From Nitrospirota bacterium (GTDB lineage Bacteria; Nitrospirota; JACRHJ01), in contig CAWJRJ010000020.1 in assembly GCA_963845245.1 (NCBI GenBank), positions 96,001 through 160,000 of the forward strand: a DNA stretch of 64,000 bases, read 5' to 3'. Position numbers and translations under genes: made by a program. Below the pieces are notes generated by a model, which was not told the DNA's origin, made no database searches, and saw only the letters and a program-made list of their open reading frames with translations. This document shows positions 21,387-32,425 of this stretch, piece by piece. How positions within the stretch are numbered: position 1 is the stretch's first letter; each line of letters begins with the position of its first letter.

Positions 21387-22431
21387 CTATTCTCCTCCAG
21401 GATGTTCTTTGTTCTTTTTCATGTTCTTCCGCACGTCTGGTCAGCTCACCTACCTGCTTCTTGATATCCGGGAGCCTGTGCAGCGTGGCCTGAAGCCTGA
21501 GCCATTCCTTGTGGGGTATTGCCGGTATTCCAGAATACGGTTTACCGGAATCGAGGTCGTTTGATACGCCGGACTTGGCGCCAACCATTACCCCGTCACC
21601 TATTTTGATATGGCCGACTGTACCTACCTGGCCCGCCAGCACAACATGATGGCCAAGCTCTGTGCTACCGGAGATTCCTACCTGGCCGCATAATATGGAG
21701 TCCTCGCCAACCACTACGTTGTGAGCGATCATCACGAGGTTGTCGATCTTGGAACCGCGTTTGACGACAGTATTGCCGAGAGCGCCCCTGTCTATTGTAG
21801 TGTTAGCACCGACCTCTACATCGTCTTCTATTATCACCCCGCCTATCTGGGGTATTTTGTGATGTTTTCCGCCGTCGGTAGCGTAACCGAAACCGTCGGC
21901 GCCGACAACCGCGCCAGCATGGATTATCACGCGCTCGCCGATCTTTACACCTTCGCGCACGGTGACATTAGGGTAGAGGATGGAACCTTTACCTACGATG
22001 GAGCCCTCTCCGATATATACTCCAGGAAACAGCGTCACACCTTCTGATATATCGGCGCCGTCGGCCACGTAAACGCCTGGGTATATGGTTACACCAAGCC
22101 CTACTGTAGCGCCGGAGCTGATATTTGCACCTTGCATGATGCCGGTTGGCCTGTTTATCACCGGCGCAAAGGCAGAGACTATTTTAGAGAACGCAAGGTA
22201 TGGATTTTTGGCCCTGATTGCTGGCTTGCCTTCGACCTGCGTATCCGGGGATACGATAACGGCTGAGGCTTTTGTGGCCTTGAGTTCCTTTAGGTATTTA
22301 GGGTTAGCCAGGAACGTGATATGGCCTGGCGCTGCTTCTTTAATGCCCGCGACACCGGTTATAACTATAGTGCCGTCACCATCCAGGGTGCCGCCGGTAA
22401 GCTCGGCCAGGTCTTTTAAAGTCTTCTCCAT
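21379..22431 (-). CDS. lpxD: UDP-3-O-acylglucosamine N-acyltransferase (extreme C-terminus may be frameshifted)
   Basis: [40 protein letters not shown]. Confidence 0.93.
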   Translation of the reverse strand: MEKTLKDLAELTGGTLDGDGTIVITGVAGIKEAAPGHITFLANPKYLKELKATKASAVIVSPDTQVEGKPAIRAKNPYLAFSKIVSAFAPVINRPTGIMQGANISSGATVGLGVTIYPGVYVADGADISEGVTLFPGVYIGEGSIVGKGSILYPNVTVREGVKIGERVIIHAGAVVGADGFGYATDGGKHHKIPQIGGVIIEDDVEVGANTTIDRGALGNTVVKRGSKIDNLVMIAHNVVVGEDSILCGQVGISGSTELGHHVVLAGQVGTVGHIKIGDGVMVGAKSGVSNDLDSGKPYSGIPAIPHKEWLRLQATLHRLPDIKKQVGELTRRAEEHEKEQRTSWRRIDA

Positions 22432-22436
22432 CGCTC

Positions 22437-22958
22437 CTACTTCTTCACTGCGTCGTATGCCTTTATAATTTTGTCCGTCACATCTACTGCTTCCGGAGCA
22501 TAAAGTACGACAGAGCGCTCGAGTATAAGGGTGTAACCCTCCTCTTTTCCGAACTTATTGAGAATCCCGTTCACCTCTTCGTACATACTTTTGGCTATCT
22601 CGGCCTTTTTCTTGTTCAGCTCTTCCTCTGAGTCGGCTTTAAACCTCTGCAGGTCCTTGTACTCCTTCTGGAGCTTGTCTTCCTTCTGCTTTCTCACATC
22701 GGCGGAAAGTACGGCTGACTGCTTATCCAACTCCTGCATCATCTTCTCAAGCTCGTTCTGCCTCTGGTCTAGCTGGGTCTGTTTGTCTTTGAACATCTTA
22801 TCTATCGTCTTTATAGCATTTTTACCAGCCATTGACTCTTGCTGTATTTTGGAAAAATCGACATAGCCTATTTTTATCTCTGCGGCACTGGATATCGAGC
22901 ACATTCCAAAGGCAAGTAACGAGACAACCGAAAGAACCAACGCTATCCTTCTCATCAT
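22437..22958 (-). CDS. skp: OmpH/Skp periplasmic chaperone
   Basis: Signal peptide, KIGYVD, coiled coil, DVTDKII; between bamA and lpxD. Confidence 0.9.
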   Translation of the reverse strand: MMRRIALVLSVVSLLAFGMCSISSAAEIKIGYVDFSKIQQESMAGKNAIKTIDKMFKDKQTQLDQRQNELEKMMQELDKQSAVLSADVRKQKEDKLQKEYKDLQRFKADSEEELNKKKAEIAKSMYEEVNGILNKFGKEEGYTLILERSVVLYAPEAVDVTDKIIKAYDAVKK

Positions 22959-22973
22959 ATTCCCTCCGTCTTA

Positions 22974-25290
22974 TTAAAACATTGAACCCATTGAAAATTC
23001 CAATTTGCCGGGCTTATCACCGGGCTTTCTGTTAAGCACATAGCCGTATTCAAGCCTGATCAACCCCATTGGGGACATCCACCGGAACCCGGCGCCCGTG
23101 CTGTAACTGAGGTTGCTGACTCCGAGGCTCTCGCCAAAGTCGAACGCCCTGCCCGCGTCGACGAATGCAACTCCCTTCAGCTTCAGCGCCGGTACCACAG
23201 GGAAGTTATACTCGGCGTTGAATATGACCTCTTTGTTACCGCCTATGGGCTGTCCCTCTTCTCTTCTGACAGTAGTGCCGGTTATCGGGTCTGTCTTTGA
23301 TATAATAGCCTTGGGGCCGATAGACCCGAAGTTAAAGCCGCGAACGGTCGATATGCCGCCGACCAGGAACCTCTCGGCAAGCGGTAGGTCTCTTCCTGAG
23401 AGCCCGCTCGCATAACCAACCCTGCCGTGGAGCGAAAATGCGGTTTCCCAGTAGAACGGGAAGAACCAGGTTGTGTCGGCGATAGCCTTGTAAAAGCGGT
23501 TTTGCCCACCTAGTCCCGCATACTCGCCGTATATAGAGTTGCTGCTCCCGTGTCTGGTATCAAGGTAGTTGTCCCTGGTGTCCCGGGACAGGCTCGTGGT
23601 TACCTTGCTTGTGGAATGAAGGTTCAGCGTATCTGGCAAACTCAGTCTGGAACGTCGGGATTACCTCTGAGTAGGTATCGTCCGTATAGGCATAGCCGCC
23701 AGAGATGCTGTAATACTCCCAGAAACGGCGTCCCAAGGTTATTGCGCCACCCAATGTCCTCTTGGTGTACCCGTTGTAGGCGCGCATATCTTTAAAGAGG
23801 TCCAGCCTGAGCGATACTGGCCTGTCAAGCAGCCACGGCTCAGTGAAGCTTAAATTGAAATTCTGGCTTCGTTTGCCGAACTGACCCTTAAATTTCACCT
23901 GTTCCCCAAGGCCCATAAAGTTGTTCTGCGTAACCTCTCCAATGGCCATAAGCCTGTCGACGGTGCTGTATCCGCCGCCTATGCTGAACGAGCCGGTGGA
24001 CTTTTCCTTGACCTTCACGTTCAGGTCGACGGTATCTTTCTGGTCCCTTCTGGCCGGGACAATCTCCATGTCCTCGAAGAAGTCCAGGTTCTTCAGGCGG
24101 TCGTAGCTCTTTTTCAGGCTTGATGTATCGTAGATATCGCCCTCGTTGAACTTGAGCTCCCTCCTGATTACCTTGTCCCGGGTTTTTACGTTCCCTGATA
24201 TGTTGATGCGGTTGACAAATATCTGGTCGCCTTCATTGACGTCAAGGTTTACGTCCACCAGCTTTTTCTCCGGGTCCGGGTTGATTACCGGGGAGATGGA
24301 TGCGAAGGCGTAACCCTTTGTGCCGTAAAGGTCGGTAAGCGTGACCACGTCCTGTTTAAGTTTGTCGCGGTTCATTATGTCGCCCGGCTTGCTCGTGACA
24401 TTTTTAAGAAGCTCATCTTTAGTGAATACCTTGTTGCCTGATACGTCGATGTTCCTGTATCTGAACTGGTCACCTTCGGTTATAGGTATGGTTATCTCAA
24501 GCTTCTTCTTGTCCTTGCTCGGAACTATCTTGGGCTCACCGACAGTGACCTGTATGTAGCCGTTGTTGTAATAAAGCGCTTTTATCCGTTCGATGTCCTG
24601 GCTGAACTCGTCAACCTTGTAGGTGCCGGTCTTCATCAGGTACGACCAGATCGGGAAGTATGACTTGGTCTCCATGACCTTCTTGATCTTCCTGTCGCTA
24701 AATACCTTGTTACCGACAAAGTTGATCTTGGAGATGGTTACCTTTGAACCCTCGTCAATCTGGAATATGACCTTTACGTCCTTGGCCGACTCCTTGATTA
24801 TTGGTAAAACCGTGGCGTTATAGTATCCTTCGCTCTGGTAGAACATCTTTATCTTTTCGACATTTTCCGCAACGAGTGAGGGGTTATACACTGAATACGG
24901 TGAGAGGTTTACTTTTTCCCTGATTTTTGAAGTCTCAATGTTCTTGTTTCCCTCGAAAGAGAAAGACGTGATTATAGGCCGCTCAACCACGTTAAATATA
25001 AGCCGTATCCCCCCGGCTGCGCCTTCGGCTTCCACGCGCACGTCGTCAAAAAAACCCATCTTGTAAATGGCGGCTATATCGTTCCTGACCCCGGATGGCG
25101 AGAAGACATCTCCGGGCTTGGTGCTTATCTTCGACCGGATAGTCTCCGATTCGACCTTTTTGTTTCCGGCAATCTGGACTTCTGTAACCTTTACCGGACC
25201 CTCTTCCTCAGCAATGGCCGGGGTGGAGGTTAAAAGGAAAAACAGCGAAATGAAAGCCCACAAAAAACTTGTCGTTCTATTCTTGAACAC
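22974..25290 (-). CDS. bamA: Outer membrane protein assembly factor, frameshift near 23630
   Basis: POTRA repeats (GNKK, YYNNGY, KTRDKVIRRE); the barrel C-part has the VRGF motif and a terminal Phe. Confidence 0.92.
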
Positions 25291-25364
25291 TCGGCCTCCT
25301 TAAATTCCCAGCAAAAGTGCTATAATATAACATTCCGCATTTGAAGTTGTAAACAAAAAAATAT

Positions 25365-26488
25365 TCAGAAGAATTCGGCAGTAACCGGATTTGAGGCAAG
25401 CACTCCCTTCAAAGTCAGCCGCAGGTTCTTATCAGTGAATTCCAGAAAGCCGCCTTTGATCAGTTTCCTGATTTTGTCCCGGTATGATTCCATAAAATCA
25501 TGTCCGAAACGTTCCATGAACTCCTCCACGCTGAAACCCGCAGCCTTCCTAAGCCCCAGCATTATGTATTCTTTTTCAGCTTCTGCTGCTGATATAGTCT
25601 CTCTGGATGCTACGGCACTTTTGCCCTGCATGACCGCCGTGGAATATTCCTCTATATCCCGAATATTTGACAGCCTGGCTCTCTGGAATGTTTGACCAGG
25701 CGCCGGCGCCAAACCCCAGGTAGTAACCACATGTCCAATAATTAAGGTTATGCGTGCATTCGTAACCGGGCGAGCGCGAAATTAGATATCTCGTATCTTC
25801 TAAATCCTGATTTTTCAAGTGATTCCACGGCTTTCAGGTACATTTCAACCTGAAGCATCTCGGGCGGAGGGATAAGCTTTCCAGCCTTGGTCTCAGAATA
25901 AAACAGGGTGCCCTCATCAATCGACAGGTCGTAAGCAGAGATATGCTGGACTCCAAGCTGGGTTGCTTCATCCAGGGAGACTGTCAAATCGTCAAGGCCT
26001 TGACCGGGCAAAGATATTATAAGGTCGATGCTTAAGTTGTCGAAACCGGCGTCTTTTAGCTTGCTTATGGAACTATATACATCTTCTCGCGAATGCGCCC
26101 TGCCCATCATGCGGAGTTCTTTCGGATTGAAAGATTGGACTCCCAGGCTTACACGGTTGATTCCGGCATCTCTAATCTTGGCCAGGTTTATTTTATCGAT
26201 CGTCCCGGGGTTTGCCTCAAGAGTGGCTTCGGTTTCAGGCGGTAAATGGAACTTTTTTTTGATGATACGTAAAAGGGACAATATATCATCTTCTGGCAGG
26301 ACGGTGGGAGTACCACCTCCGACATATAGGCTCGAAGGCTCTATGTCATGTTCGCAGGTCTCGATTTCCCTGTACAGGGCTTTCAGGTAGTTTCTGGCCT
26401 TTGAGCTATCGAATGGAATGGAATTAAACGAGCAGTAGTGGCATCTGCTGATGCAGAACGGGATGTGAACATATATTCCGGCTTTCAT
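25365..26488 (-). CDS. hemW: Radical SAM heme chaperone, two frameshifts (~25775, ~25690)
   Basis: YVHIPFCISRCHYCSF, GGGTP, RYEISNFA, then HNLNYW...YLGFGAGA and IMLGLRK in successive frames. Confidence 0.85.
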
Positions 26489-26946
26489 CAGTCCAGCGGA
26501 AGGGTCAGGGCGGCCTCATTGCATTCATCAGGGTACTTCACGCATTTATTTCGGCACTCCGTCCACACTTTTTGAGGAAGGTCGTCGTGCCTTGCCAGGG
26601 TGAAGCCCATCTTCTCGAAAAAACCCTGAACATAAGTCAGCACGAATACTTCCTTCACGCCGAGTATGCGCGCATCGGCAAGGCAGGCCGAGACGAGTTC
26701 CTTTCCTATGCCGCGCCCAAGAAAATTTGGAGACACGGCAACGGACCGCAACTCCGCGAGCCCTTCCCAGCCGACGTGTAAGGCGGCTACTCCGATAATA
26801 TTACCGTCCTTTTCGTATACGAAGAAATCCCGTAGGCAGTCATAGAGCTCGCCGAGGGCTCGCGGTAGCATTTCGCCTCTTTCGGCGTAAGCATTTATAA
26901 GCTCTTTAATCGTCTTGACGTCTTGTATTGAAGCCTTTCGTATCAT
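26488..26946 (-). CDS. argA: Short GNAT N-acetylglutamate synthase-like protein
   Basis: GEMLPR, LAELRSVAV, VFVLTY, LPQKVWTEC...C. Confidence 0.7.
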   Translation of the reverse strand: MIRKASIQDVKTIKELINAYAERGEMLPRALGELYDCLRDFFVYEKDGNIIGVAALHVGWEGLAELRSVAVSPNFLGRGIGKELVSACLADARILGVKEVFVLTYVQGFFEKMGFTLARHDDLPQKVWTECRNKCVKYPDECNEAALTLPLD

Positions 26947-27490
26947 CTACTTTACCAGAGACCAGCCTTTCTCGAGCGCAGCCATGTTGACCGGGATAAG
27001 CCCCCTGTTCCTGGCTGAGACGGTCTCATCCAGCGCCTTCCCGACACATTCCAGGCCCACGGCTCCCGATATACCAAGGTATGCCCCGAGCATGACCATG
27101 TTAACGGCCCTGACGTTGCCAAGCTCCGCCGCAATGTCGTTGGCGGGCAACTTGTATATCTTTACGCCGGGTACCTTTATATCTTTTTTAACCAGGGATG
27201 AATTAAGGATGATGAACCCGCCCTTAGTGACACGTTCCGAAAACTTAAGCGCGGATGCTTCGTTCATCGCAACGAGGGCGCTGGGCCTGTCCACGACCGG
27301 TGAGCCTATCTCCTGGCCGGATATTATCACGGTGCAGTTCGCGGTCCCTCCGCGCATCTCGGCACCGTAGGAAGGGAACCATGTCACGCTCCGGCCATCC
27401 ACCATGCCCGCCCAGGCCAGGAGCTTTCCTGCTAGCAGTACACCCTGGCCGCCGAAACCCGCAAATAATAACGTCGTAATTGCCTCTCAT
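26947..27490 (-). CDS. 2-oxoacid:ferredoxin oxidoreductase gamma subunit, frameshift near 27455
   Basis: ATG 27490 MRGNYDVIICGF/GGQGVLLAG...PSYGAEMRGGTANC...NMVMLGA. Confidence 0.88.
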
Positions 27491-28242
27491 GCAGGTATGG
27501 CCGCCTTCCCCTTGTCCTTGAATACTCCGACAGGGAATACCTGCTTCATCGTGTTTTGAACCCACTCGATGGACTTCAGCGGGTCAAGGCCCCAGTTTGT
27601 AGGGCATAGCGAGAGTACTTCCACAAAAGTAAAGCCCTTGTCTGCCATCTGGTACTGGAATGCTTTTTTTATGGCCTTTTTGGTCTTAAGGACATCCTTG
27701 GCGCAGTCCATCGATGTGCGTTCTATATAATACGGAGTCTCAAGGGTGGCCAGCATCTCCGCGACCCTCAGCGGGTGCCCCTCCCCTTTGACCATGCGCC
27801 CTTTCGGGGTAGTTGTTGTGCGTTGGCCGACCAGGGTCGTAGGAGCAAGCTGTCCGCCTGTCATCCCGTATGTGGCGTTGTTAACGAAGATTACAGTGAA
27901 GTTCTCGCCCCTGTTCGCGGCGTGTATGATCTCGGCCATGCCTATGGCGGCAAGGTCGCCGTCTCCCTGGTAGCTGAATATGAGCCGGTCCGGCAACACC
28001 CTTTTCATGCCTGTGCAGGCCGCTGGCGGCCTTCCGTGTGCAACCTCCAGGACGTCGAAATTGAAGTAGTCGTATGCGAAAACCGCGCAGCCGACGGGTG
28101 CGATGCCGATGGTTTTCTCGCGCATGCCAAGCTCGTCTATAACCTGCGCTACCATCCTGTGAAGGGTCCCGTGGCTGCAGCCCGGGCAGAACCGAAACGG
28201 CGCTGATTTTAGGGACTCCGGTCTTTTGAATACCTGTTTCAT
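27487..28242 (-). CDS. 2-oxoacid:ferredoxin oxidoreductase beta subunit (TPP-binding, VorA/KorB type)
   Basis: FCPGCSHG, PVGC, HGRPPA, YQGDGD, NNATYGMTGGQ, CPTNWG. Confidence 0.9.
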   Translation of the reverse strand: MKQVFKRPESLKSAPFRFCPGCSHGTLHRMVAQVIDELGMREKTIGIAPVGCAVFAYDYFNFDVLEVAHGRPPAACTGMKRVLPDRLIFSYQGDGDLAAIGMAEIIHAANRGENFTVIFVNNATYGMTGGQLAPTTLVGQRTTTTPKGRMVKGEGHPLRVAEMLATLETPYYIERTSMDCAKDVLKTKKAIKKAFQYQMADKGFTFVEVLSLCPTNWGLDPLKSIEWVQNTMKQVFPVGVFKDKGKAAIPA

Positions 28243-28353
28243 TGGTAAGTTTGCCTCTTGGCTTCGGGAGAGAGTGTAGGTATTATTATATAATCGGGCG
28301 CAAATTAAACCGCTTCAGGCCCAGTCCCAGTTCTTATTTTTGTTAATTAATGC

Positions 28354-28383
28354 TTGACAAACCGCAGGCCTGTCTGGTAATTT
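28354..28383 (+). promoter_or_regulatory. Sigma70 promoter of tRNA-Phe
   Basis: TTGACA-18 bp-TAATTT with an extended TGn, 10 bp upstream of the tRNA. Confidence 0.6.
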
Positions 28384-28393
28384 AACCGCCGAT

Positions 28394-28469
28394 GCCGAGA
28401 TAGCTCAGCTGGTAGAGCAGAGGCCTGAAAAGTCTCGTGTCCGCAGTTCGATTCTGCGTCTCGGCACCA
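28394..28469 (+). tRNA. tRNA-Phe (GAA)
   Basis: 76 nt cloverleaf: acceptor GCCGAGA/TCTCGGC, D arm GCTC/GAGC, anticodon loop CT-GAA-AA, T loop TTCGATT, encoded CCA. Confidence 0.97.
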
Positions 28470-28518
28470 TTCTTTCTTTCCAGCACATCCCGCTATATTC
28501 AATACCACTATTCCTTGC

Positions 28519-29910
28519 TTAATTTTTGCAATCCGTGCAGGCGTGTTCTTTATCGGCTTTCTCCGCCTGCATCTTTCCCCACACCGCATCGGCCATCTGG
28601 CAGTATTCCACTGAATAACGGTCCAGGTCATCTGCAAGGTCGGTTATTATCCTCTCAGCACCCGGGTGGGTAGCACGCGCGCCCGAAGCCAGCACCGCCT
28701 CCCTCATGTAATCTGGTTTGTCGATTATCATGCAAGGGGTCAGCATGTTCTTGTTGCCCTTCTGGCGTTCGCGGATCCCCTTGAAGAATGGAGACATCAG
28801 GGCTTCCTTTATCGTGGTCTTCCTGATATTGTCTACAGCGAAATGGCAGAAAACGCACGGCTCTATGTCGCCGTTTGCGTTCACATGGAAGTATTTCCTG
28901 CCACCGGCCAGACAGCCGCCCACGATATGCCCGTCGTTCCAGAAATCCGCCATGAGTATCGGCTTCTCGTTCCTGAAGCGCCATACGGCCTCCCTGAGCT
29001 TGCCTCTCTGCTCGGGGGTGGGCATAAGGTCGATATTCGGCTCTCTGCCGATCGGTATGTACGAGAAGAACCACCCAACGGTGCAACCCTTTTCAACGAG
29101 CATGTCTATATATTTTTCAGAGGTTATCACGTCATGGTTGCGCCTGGTGGCGGTGCATGAGAAACCGAACAGCACGCCGGCCTCTTTCAGGAGGTCCATC
29201 GCCTTCATTACCTTCTGGTAATGGCCCTTGCCTCTGCGGGCGTCCGTTTCCTCTTCAAAACCTTCGATGCTGATGCACGGCAGCACGTTTCCAAGCTCAG
29301 CCACCCTTTTCACCATCTTCTCGTCAAGAAGGCCGCCGTGTGTGAACACCAGAAACGCTACGTCGCTGTGCTTTGCGTATATGTCCAGAAGGTCCTCGCG
29401 GAAGAATGGCTCACCACCCGAAACCACGCAGAAATGGATGCCCATCTCCTTCATCTGGGTAAGTACGCTGTCGACCTCGTCGAATGAAAGCTCGTCGGTC
29501 TTTTTATAGCTGCCGGCATAGCAGCCGAAGCAGCCCAGGTTGCAGCGCATGCTTGGGGATATAACGAACAGGCCCGGAGGATAGAAGCCGCCGCCCTCCT
29601 TCTGGAAGGCAGTACGTTTGTTGGACCCTAGGAGCAGCTGGTTAATTATAAAGGCGTTAACCAGCCTCTTCCTTACGTTTGGGTGCGTCTCCCGGATGAT
29701 CTTCTTGGCCACTACAAGGCTGGGATGGCCGTCGATGAAGAGCTGCCTTATATGCCTGATGGCGCGTATGTAATAGTCTTTTTTGGCGAGTTTCTCGGCG
29801 AGATACGTAAACCTGATCAGGTTTTCGTCTGAACTGTTGCCCAGCATGCCAAGCATGGTATCGACCACCTGGGTCATTGTGTAATTTCTAAACTGTTTGT
29901 AATAGTTCAT
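28519..29910 (-). CDS. Radical SAM/SPASM protein, 463 aa, with an N-terminal helical extension
   Basis: CNLGCFGC, SGGEPF, DFWNDG...GCLAGG...NGDIEPCVFCH, PCMIID; GGAGG RBS. Confidence 0.88.
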   Translation of the reverse strand: MNYYKQFRNYTMTQVVDTMLGMLGNSSDENLIRFTYLAEKLAKKDYYIRAIRHIRQLFIDGHPSLVVAKKIIRETHPNVRKRLVNAFIINQLLLGSNKRTAFQKEGGGFYPPGLFVISPSMRCNLGCFGCYAGSYKKTDELSFDEVDSVLTQMKEMGIHFCVVSGGEPFFREDLLDIYAKHSDVAFLVFTHGGLLDEKMVKRVAELGNVLPCISIEGFEEETDARRGKGHYQKVMKAMDLLKEAGVLFGFSCTATRRNHDVITSEKYIDMLVEKGCTVGWFFSYIPIGREPNIDLMPTPEQRGKLREAVWRFRNEKPILMADFWNDGHIVGGCLAGGRKYFHVNANGDIEPCVFCHFAVDNIRKTTIKEALMSPFFKGIRERQKGNKNMLTPCMIIDKPDYMREAVLASGARATHPGAERIITDLADDLDRYSVEYCQMADAVWGKMQAEKADKEHACTDCKN

Positions 29911-29949
29911 TTAGCCTCCAGCTTCTTATCCGCCCTTAATAAGAATAAT

Positions 29950-29979
29950 ATAATGACAAACAGGGGGGTATTAAGTCAA
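29950..29979 (-). promoter_or_regulatory. Possible own promoter of the 463 aa radical SAM gene
   Basis: Minus strand TTGACT-18 bp-CATTAT with TGn, directly after the acyltransferase stop. Confidence 0.4.
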
Positions 29980-29984
29980 GGAAT

Positions 29985-30884
29985 TTATTCCCAGAAGTGA
30001 TAGAAATTGAACCATTGGTCTGGATGGAGGCGGACGTAATGTTCAATAACTTCGGCGGTTTTTTCGACATTCGCCCTGAGGTCAGCTTCAAAATCACCTG
30101 TGGAAGAAAGCTCTATCGGCGCCTCGGCGACCGGATGATATCTTCCGTCGTCCCCCATGATTGTAAATGCAGGTATAAGCGGGGCCCCCGTCTTCATCGC
30201 AAGCATCGCCGGGCCTTTAGGGAAGCGGGCCTTCTTCCCGAAAAAATCCACTTCGATCCCGCTGTTGCCGGGATCCCTATCTCCCTGTATGGCCACCAGT
30301 TCGTTGCCCTTGAGCGCACGGCTAACTCCTATGGCAAAAGCTATAGGATTACCTGAGGATATAATGTTTATGCCTCTGATTTCCTTGTGTTTATCCAGAA
30401 TGCGGTTTTGTTCCTCGGACTCGTAGAGCTGTTGGACTATATTAATCTTGAACCCGAGATATCTAAGCAGTATACCACCGAGTTCCCAATGCCCCAGGTG
30501 AGCTGTCAATATAATAGCCCCGCGGCCTTTGGCATGCGCTTCACGGATATGCTCCAGCCCCTTGAATTCCGGAACTTTGGCCGATATCTGGACGTCGGAC
30601 ATCTTCTCGAATCTGAACATGTCGAGCAGAAACCTTCCGTGCCTGCGCCAGAGCTTCTTTACCATGAACCGCTTTTCGGTGGTGGTTTTGGAGTCGCCAA
30701 GAATCTGGTCGAGGTTTTTAATCTGTTCCTCTACTACCCCTCTGGACTTGTTCGCGAACAACCAGTCTGCTATTCTGTCTCCTATGAAATCGGTGGCTGG
30801 CTTGGGGATCCAGCCCACACCCCAGTTCATCCACCAGTATACGGAGTGCTTGTCCAGGTGGAAGGTATGCGTCCCTTTAGCCAT
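29985..30884 (-). CDS. LpxL/HtrB-family (lysophospholipid-type) acyltransferase; last gene of the PKS cluster
   Basis: TAHLGHWE, AIQGDRD, VDFFGK, HPDQWFNFY; overlaps the upstream radical SAM stop. Confidence 0.85.
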   Translation of the reverse strand: MAKGTHTFHLDKHSVYWWMNWGVGWIPKPATDFIGDRIADWLFANKSRGVVEEQIKNLDQILGDSKTTTEKRFMVKKLWRRHGRFLLDMFRFEKMSDVQISAKVPEFKGLEHIREAHAKGRGAIILTAHLGHWELGGILLRYLGFKINIVQQLYESEEQNRILDKHKEIRGINIISSGNPIAFAIGVSRALKGNELVAIQGDRDPGNSGIEVDFFGKKARFPKGPAMLAMKTGAPLIPAFTIMGDDGRYHPVAEAPIELSSTGDFEADLRANVEKTAEVIEHYVRLHPDQWFNFYHFWE

Positions 30885-32422
30885 TTAGAAGCCCCAACAC
30901 TTTAAGGCTTTCGATCATCGGTTTTTGAAAAGGAGCTGGCGTCTCCGACAGGAATGCGTCCCTTACCTCAGCCGGTGTAATATAAACGAGTCTTCGCTCG
31001 ACTGCGAGCTTCCCCGCTTTTTTTGAAACGGCCCTTCTGGCAATAGGCCTAAGCAGTTTCGGTACGGACTTTATAACGGTGTCAAGGCATCTGGTTGCAC
31101 TGTCGTCCCATACAACCTCCCTGCCCGATGCGGCAGGCGCACTGCCAGCCGCCCCTTTGGCTGGGTAATATATCCAGCCCGGGTGGGCGTTGAAGAACTC
31201 CTCAGCCAAGCCATAAAGCCCATCTCCGATCCCTTTCGAAATATAAAAAGACGGCAGGAGAAGGTCATCGTCAGGCCCGATCACGCCCTCGTCGACTGCG
31301 GTTCCGGCAAGCGGCGTTCCGGGATAGATCCGTATCCCCCCTACTGCAAAGACCTTGTCTGGTGCGGCCTCATCCAGGGCATCGAAAGTCTCCTGCAACG
31401 TATTCCTGTCTTCACCCGGGCCACCGAGTATCACAAAAACCATACTCATCATGCCAGCGTCCTTGCAGGTTTTTATTGCCTCCTTCACGTCCAGGGCGGA
31501 AAAAGACTTGTTCAGCTTCTTCAACATCCTGTCCGACAGAGAGTCGGCGCCTATCTCTATGCTCTGGCAACCGGCACTGGCCATCAACTCTACAAGCTCG
31601 CGGTCAAGCCCGATGGGGTTTGCAAGGCAGCCCCAGGAAATATTAAGGTCTCGCGCAATTATTTCTCGGCATACACTCTCGGCATGGTGCTTCGGGTTGT
31701 TGAAGACATTGTCCACGAAATAAAAGGGCGCTTCAACCCCTGAACCAACGATTCCAGCAAGCTCATCCGCCACCATGGTGGATGGGCGAAGCCGCATGCG
31801 CCTGCCCTCAAGGCCTGGGTACGTGCAGTAGATGCAGCCGAAGGAGCAGCCCCTTTTAGACTGCACACCCACCATGTCATAGCCTGAAGGAAAAAGCTCC
31901 CATGCCGGGCTATGGATGCAGGACATGTCGTCAATGGCGTTTGAGGCGTTATGCTTATAGTTGCCATCCCGCAGCGAGCAGACACCGGGTACCTCGACAG
32001 GGTCAAGCCCGTTTTCGATTGCTGCCGCCAGCTCCACCGCTGACCTCTCACCCTCTCCGACAACGCCAAGCTCAAGCCCCAGATATTCAAGGGACTGCCT
32101 TGGCATGATGGAAAAACCTGGCCCACCCGCCACTATCGAAGCGCTCGTGAGGCATTTGATATACTCGACCGTATCTTTGTATGCAGGCAGGAGGAATTCC
32201 GTCGATGATTCGATGTTCCTGATGGAAATACCTACAAGGCCCGGAGTCAAAGCTACGGACAGCTTTATCCAAGTCGTAGTATATATCTTCGGAGAACAGG
32301 AGGTCAAAAGTCTTCACCTCGTGGCCAGCCGTCAATAGGGCGGAGGCCACGAGGGCGAGACCTAGTGGAGCTGCGGTAAACGGCTCCCTTTCCCTGTTCA
32401 ATGATACAAGTAGTACTTTCAT
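30877..32422 (-). CDS. Cobalamin-binding radical SAM enzyme with a C-terminal DUF2621/PCP_red-like domain, frameshift near 32245
   Basis: N-terminal PLGLALVASAL and GISIRNI (B12-binding domain), GGPGFS, GEGE, QSKRGCSFGCIYC, FVDNVFN, RIYPGTPL. Confidence 0.85.
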
Positions 32423-32425
32423 TAT

